Below, piece by piece: positions 59,638-64,000 of a stretch of DNA of 64,000 nucleotides; position 1 is the first letter of the stretch, and the number at the start of each line of letters is the position of its first letter. The notes under the pieces are model-generated. The model saw only the letters and a program-made list of their open reading frames with translations, was not told where the DNA came from and ran no database searches. A program made the position numbers and the translations under genes. This DNA is from an uncultured Actinomycetota bacterium (GTDB lineage Bacteria; Actinomycetota; Actinomycetes; Actinomycetales; Dermatophilaceae): positions 8,866 through 72,865 of the forward strand of contig CAVWQU010000017.1 of NCBI GenBank assembly GCA_963757225.1, written 5' to 3'.

Positions 59638-61149
59638 GTGCCGCCGTCCGAGTCGCCTCCGCCGCCCCGTGTCGACCTCACCAGCGTGGCGATTCTGCGG
59701 GCCGACCTCGTCCGGGCCGCCTACACGGTCGACGGAGTTCGCGCGGTCCTCGGCCCGGTCGCGGAAGCGGCACTCCACCGCGAGCAGCCGCTGCCCGCCG
59801 ACCTCGTCACGCGCGGGGCCAGGGACCCGGCCGCCGTCCTGGCGCGATGCTTCGCGCTCGGTCTGCCCGTCGGCGTCGACGACCTCGACCGCTCACTGCC
59901 CAGCCTGACGACGGCGGGGGCTGACGCGCTCGGCCTGGTCGAGGTGAGCGCCGGCGAAGCCCGCGCTCGCTGTGACCTGCGCCCGTACGGCGATGAGGCC
60001 CACGACTGGTGGGTCGTCTCCGACCAGTCCGAGATCGCCCGCGGTGGTGCCCTGCCGCCGGACCACGTCCTCGGGGCCGGACCGGCCTCGATGACGGTGG
60101 CTCAGTGGACCCCGCGTCGCCGCGTGCGGCGCGCGCTCGACCTCGGCACCGGCTGCGGGGTCCAGACGCTGCACCTGACCACCCATGCCGACGAGGTCGT
60201 GGCCACCGACCTCTCGCGGCGCGCTCTGGCCTTCGCGCGGTTCACGACGGAGCTCGCGCGGACGCCGGTCGAGCTGAGGTCGGGGAACCTGCTGGAGCCT
60301 GTCGCCGGCGAACGGTTCGACCTCGTCGTCAGCAACCCGCCGTTTGTCATCACGCCCCGCCGCCCCGGTGTCGAGACCTACGAGTACCGCGACGCCGGCC
60401 TGGTCGGCGACGCCGTCGTCGGGCGGCTCGTCGGCACCGTCGGGGACCACCTCGAACCCGACGGCGTGGCCCTGTTCATCGGCAACTGGGAGACCCGCTC
60501 GGGGCAGACCTGGCGGGACGCGTGGACCACCTGGCTGGACGGGACCGGACTCGACGCGTGGGTCGTGCAGCGCGACGAGCAGGACCCGGCCGAGTACGCC
60601 GAGCTGTGGGCCGGCGACGCCGGTGCACGCAGCGGGACGACCGGGTACGAAGCGTTGTATGCCGCGTGGCTCGCCGACTTCGCCGATCGGGGCATCGAGC
60701 GCATCGGCTTCGGCGTGGTCGCGTTACACCGTCCGACCGGCGGGCGGCGGCCCTGGACCGACCTCATCGACCACCGCGGCCCCGTGGCCCCCGCGATGGG
60801 ACCGACGGTGGACGCCGCCCTTCGGGCGCGGACGTGGCTGGCCGAACACGACGACCACGCCCTGCTCGACGTCGCGTGGTCGTGCGCCCCTGACGTGACC
60901 GAGGAACGGTTCGGGCGGCCGGGGGCCGACGACCCGCAGGTCATCCAGCTCCGCCAGGGCGGCGGTCTCGGCCGGACCGTCCGCCTGGACACCGTGGGGG
61001 CAGCCCTGGTCGGCGTCTGCGACGGCACCCTCACCGCTCGGCAGGCGCTCGGAGCGATCGCGTCGCTCCTGGAGCAGCCCGAGGGGGCCGTGACGGCCGC
61101 CGCCGTTCCGCTCCTCCGGGAGCTGGTGGCCCACGGCTTGCTCGTTTGA
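59638..61149 (+). CDS. MTS-like SAM methyltransferase (NPPF type)
   Basis: LDLGTGCGVQ, VVSNPPFVI, YRDAG. Confidence 0.85.
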   Translation: MPPSESPPPPRVDLTSVAILRADLVRAAYTVDGVRAVLGPVAEAALHREQPLPADLVTRGARDPAAVLARCFALGLPVGVDDLDRSLPSLTTAGADALGLVEVSAGEARARCDLRPYGDEAHDWWVVSDQSEIARGGALPPDHVLGAGPASMTVAQWTPRRRVRRALDLGTGCGVQTLHLTTHADEVVATDLSRRALAFARFTTELARTPVELRSGNLLEPVAGERFDLVVSNPPFVITPRRPGVETYEYRDAGLVGDAVVGRLVGTVGDHLEPDGVALFIGNWETRSGQTWRDAWTTWLDGTGLDAWVVQRDEQDPAEYAELWAGDAGARSGTTGYEALYAAWLADFADRGIERIGFGVVALHRPTGGRRPWTDLIDHRGPVAPAMGPTVDAALRARTWLAEHDDHALLDVAWSCAPDVTEERFGRPGADDPQVIQLRQGGGLGRTVRLDTVGAALVGVCDGTLTARQALGAIASLLEQPEGAVTAAAVPLLRELVAHGLLV

Positions 61150-61174
61150 GCATGAACCGGGCCGGAAGAAGTCC

Positions 61175-61190
61175 GTTACCGCCACGTAAC
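61175..61190 (+). promoter_or_regulatory. Candidate GlnR box
   Basis: GTTAC-cgccac-GTAAC (GTnAC-n6-GTnAC) about 80 bp upstream of an amino-acid permease. Confidence 0.55.
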
Positions 61191-61270
61191 CGCTGATGGG
61201 TCCGACAGGGACATGATGGCCGTGATCGACACCACAGTTTCGGGGTAGCACGAGCGCTGAGGACGGTTAC

Positions 61271-62878
61271 ATGACCACCACGGAAACCAGTCACGCCGAC
61301 TCGCTGCACGCGGAGCAAGCGGGCTACAAGCAGTCCCTCGGCAGCCGGCACGTCCAGATGATCGCCATCGGCGGCGCCATCGGCACCGGCCTCTTCCTCG
61401 GCTCGGCGTCGCGGCTCGCCAGTACCGGACCGGCGCTGCTGTTCAGCTACGCGTTCGTCGGTGTCATCGCCTACCTCCTCATGCGGGCCCTCGGCGAGCT
61501 GGTCCTGCACCGCGCCACGTCCGGCGCGTTCGTGTCGTACATGCGGGAGTTCTACGGCGAGAAGGCCGCCTTCGTCACGGGCTGGATGTACTGGCTGAAC
61601 TGGGCGCTGACCGGCATCGCCGAGCTCTCGGCGGTCGGCCTCTACGTCCAGTTCTGGTTCCCGACCATGCCGACCTGGGCGACCGTGCTGATCGCGCTCG
61701 CCGTCGTCCTGTTCATCAACCTGCTCTCGGCGCGGGCCTTCGGCGAGTTCGAGTTCTGGGCGTCGATCCTCAAGGTCGCCGCGATCGTCGTCTTCCTCGT
61801 CGTCGGCGTCATCGTCGTGCTCTTCAAGCTCGACATCGGCGGCCACCAGGCCGGCATCCAGAACCTCTGGAGCAACCCCGGCGGGTTCTGGCCGAGCGAG
61901 GACCCCTTCCACTGGTACGGCCCGATCCTCGTCATGTCCGGAGTCGTCTTCGCGTACGCCGCCATCGAGATGGTCGCGATCGCCGCCGGTGAGATGGAGA
62001 ACTCCGACAAGGAGGTCCCCAAGGCGATCAACGCCGTGATCTTCCGGATCGCCGTCTTCTACTGCGGCTCGATCCTGCTCATCGTCTGCATGCTCCCGAC
62101 GAGCGAGTTCAAGTCGGGCATCAGCCCCTTCGTGACCATCTTCGACCGGATGGGCCTCGACTGGATGGCCGCCGCGATCCAGGCGATCCTCATCGTCGCG
62201 GCGATGTCGAGCCTCAACTCCGGGCTGTACTCGACCGGCCGGGTCCTGCGCAGCCTCGGCATGTCGAAGCAGGCTCCGAGGTTCACGCTAAAGATGAGCA
62301 GCTCGGGGGTGCCGTGGGCCGGCATCGTCATGACCTCGGTCGTCTTCGTCTTCGGGGCGGTCCTCAACGCGGTCACCCCCGACGCCTTCGAGATCGCCCT
62401 GGAGGCGGCGGCGCTCGGCGTCCTCTTCACGTGGGCAACGATCTTCATCTGCCAGCTGAGACTGAGAAAGCTGGTCAACCTCGGCATCATCCCCAAGAGT
62501 CCCTTCCAGGCGCCCGGGTATCCCTGGACGAGCTATGTCGGCCTCGCCTTCCTCGTCCTGGTCGTCATCGGTCTCGCCGTCCAGGGCTGGCAGCACTCGC
62601 CCTACTTCTGGAAGAAGACCGACTTCCTCGTCGTGGTCCTCGGGATCCCCCTCATCGCGGTGGTCCTCCAGCTCGGCTGGATGGTCGTGCGCCCCAAGGT
62701 CGTGGCCAACACCGGTGACCGGCTCAAGGCGGTGTGGTCCGACACCGGTCCCACCTACGGCACCAGGCTCATCGACCTGGAGGACGAGCCGATCGACCCG
62801 CTGCTCCTGCCACCGATCGACCCTGACCTGCTCGAGCCGCCGCACGACAACCAGCCGCACGACAAGGACGACTCGTGA
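61271..62878 (+). CDS. APC amino-acid permease, L-asparagine permease (AnsP)-like
   Basis: RHVQMIAIGGAIGTGLFLG, FGEFEFW, SSLNSGLYSTGR. Confidence 0.9.
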   Translation: MTTTETSHADSLHAEQAGYKQSLGSRHVQMIAIGGAIGTGLFLGSASRLASTGPALLFSYAFVGVIAYLLMRALGELVLHRATSGAFVSYMREFYGEKAAFVTGWMYWLNWALTGIAELSAVGLYVQFWFPTMPTWATVLIALAVVLFINLLSARAFGEFEFWASILKVAAIVVFLVVGVIVVLFKLDIGGHQAGIQNLWSNPGGFWPSEDPFHWYGPILVMSGVVFAYAAIEMVAIAAGEMENSDKEVPKAINAVIFRIAVFYCGSILLIVCMLPTSEFKSGISPFVTIFDRMGLDWMAAAIQAILIVAAMSSLNSGLYSTGRVLRSLGMSKQAPRFTLKMSSSGVPWAGIVMTSVVFVFGAVLNAVTPDAFEIALEAAALGVLFTWATIFICQLRLRKLVNLGIIPKSPFQAPGYPWTSYVGLAFLVLVVIGLAVQGWQHSPYFWKKTDFLVVVLGIPLIAVVLQLGWMVVRPKVVANTGDRLKAVWSDTGPTYGTRLIDLEDEPIDPLLLPPIDPDLLEPPHDNQPHDKDDS

Positions 62879-63708
62879 CCAGGCGGTTCCGGCGGCTGTG
62901 GCCCGCTGCCGTCGTCGCGACCCTGTCCGCCGTGCTAGCCGGCTGCTCGTCCGGCGGTGCCATCCCGACGCCCCAGGCCACCGGCACCGGGAAGATGACG
63001 ATCGGCATCTCCTTCGACCAGCCCGGGATCGGGCTCAAGAGCGGGAACACCTACAGCGGGTTCGACGTCGAGACGGCCAAGTACGTCGCCGCGGCCATGG
63101 GTGTCCCGCCGGAGAACATCACCTGGAAAGAGGCCAACCCAAGCCAGCGCGAGAACCTCCTGATCGACAAGTCGGTCGACATGGTCTTCTCCTCGTACTC
63201 GATCACCGACGCGCGCAAGCAGAAGGTCGACTTCGCCGGGCCGTACTTCGTGGCGCACCAGGACCTGCTGATCCGGCGCAACGACGCCGAGATCACCGGC
63301 CCGGAGAGCCTCGACGGCAAGAACCTCTGTTCCGTGGCCAACACGACGTCCGCCGCCTACGTCAAGGAGCACTACATCGGCCGGATCCAGCTCCAGGAGT
63401 ACCAGACCTTCTCCGAGTGCGTCGACGCCCTCGCCAAGGGGCAGATCGACGCGGTGACGACCGACGACGTGATCCTCGCCGGCTTCGCCGCCCTGCCCGA
63501 GTACAAGGGCCTGCTCAAGGTGGTCGGCAAGGGGTTCACCGACGAGCGCTACGGGGTCGGCCTGCCCAAGGGCGACAGCGCGACGGTGGCCAAGGTCAAC
63601 GACGCCCTGAAGAAGTACATCGCCGACGGCACCTGGAAGACCGTGCTGGACAACACGGTCGGGCCGTCCGGCTACGTCATCCCGAGCCCGCCGACGCCGG
63701 GGAGCTAG
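62875..63708 (+). CDS. Glutamate ABC transporter substrate-binding lipoprotein (GluB-like)
   Basis: Lipobox LAGC, FDQPG, YSITDAR, FAGPY, VTTDDVIL, YGVGL. Confidence 0.88.
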   Translation: MTRRFRRLWPAAVVATLSAVLAGCSSGGAIPTPQATGTGKMTIGISFDQPGIGLKSGNTYSGFDVETAKYVAAAMGVPPENITWKEANPSQRENLLIDKSVDMVFSSYSITDARKQKVDFAGPYFVAHQDLLIRRNDAEITGPESLDGKNLCSVANTTSAAYVKEHYIGRIQLQEYQTFSECVDALAKGQIDAVTTDDVILAGFAALPEYKGLLKVVGKGFTDERYGVGLPKGDSATVAKVNDALKKYIADGTWKTVLDNTVGPSGYVIPSPPTPGS

Positions 63709-63724
63709 CACGGCCCCGCCCGGG

Positions 63725-64000
63725 GCGGACCTCGGGAGGCTCCTCGCCGCATACCCGCCGTTCGACCGTCTCGACGAGGAGACCCGCGCCGCGCTCGCCG
63801 GTGCAGCGCGGGTCGACGAGTATGCGTCGGGCGAGCTGGTGCTCGACGCGTTCGCCACGGCGAGTGTCGAGGTCTACGTCGTCGTCAGCGGGCGCGTAGA
63901 GCTGTGGAACGACCCGGCGCGGCTCGGCGGGCCCCCAGACGAGGTGCTCGGTCCGGGTGGCCTCTTCGGCTTCTCGGCGATGCTCACCGAACGCTCCATC
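63725..64000 (+). CDS. N-terminal cNMP-binding domain protein (possibly cNMP-CBS-nucleotidyltransferase), partial; start codon not identified
   Basis: Manual translation ADLGRLLAAYPPFDRL...VYVVVSGRVEL...LGPGGLFGFSAML is typical of a CAP effector domain. Confidence 0.6.

Noticed and set aside
59638-61149. NPPF methyltransferase as the DNA methylase for GCATAC
   Set aside because: A widespread actinobacterial MTS-like protein usually found near hppA; nothing in the sequence ties it to DNA or to this motif.

Overview
High-GC actinobacterial chromosomal segment, most likely Micrococcales (Intrasporangiaceae-like; inferred from gene content only). It follows the conserved actinobacterial block ArsA-like ATPase, RidA, MBL hydrolase, crp, nth, Nudix, marP, holin-like, nhaA, acs, Fic-like, ssd-tadABC, flp-tadE, DEAH helicase, bldG, hppA (the Rv3679-Rv3649 neighbourhood). 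Added to this are a pit operon, a subtilase, two ActP-type symporters with a LytS/LytTR pair, and a ~14.6-kb shikimate/protocatechuate catabolic block (HpcH aldolase, lsr2, qsuB-like, shikimate dehydrogenase, MFS, LacI, pcaR, pcaHGBLFIJ) that splits the Tad/Flp pilus operon. The main non-gene signals are: (1) a hexamer GCATAC/GTATGC found about 50 times, on both strands and in several reading frames, often forcing rare codons and paired in a terminator stem, which behaves like a DNA-uptake or HIP1-type iterated sequence; (2) a shared 38-bp element with DnaA-box-like half-sites and a fixed-spacing -10-like hexamer ahead of both halves of the split tad operon; (3) a likely Ms1-type RNA between the Fic-like gene and ssd; (4) candidate LytTR, LacI, IclR, PhoP, GlnR and MtrA operators. 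Five genes carry apparent +1 frameshifts, probably sequencing errors. No CRISPR, tRNA, rRNA, integrase or transposase was seen. All counts and alignments were done by eye.
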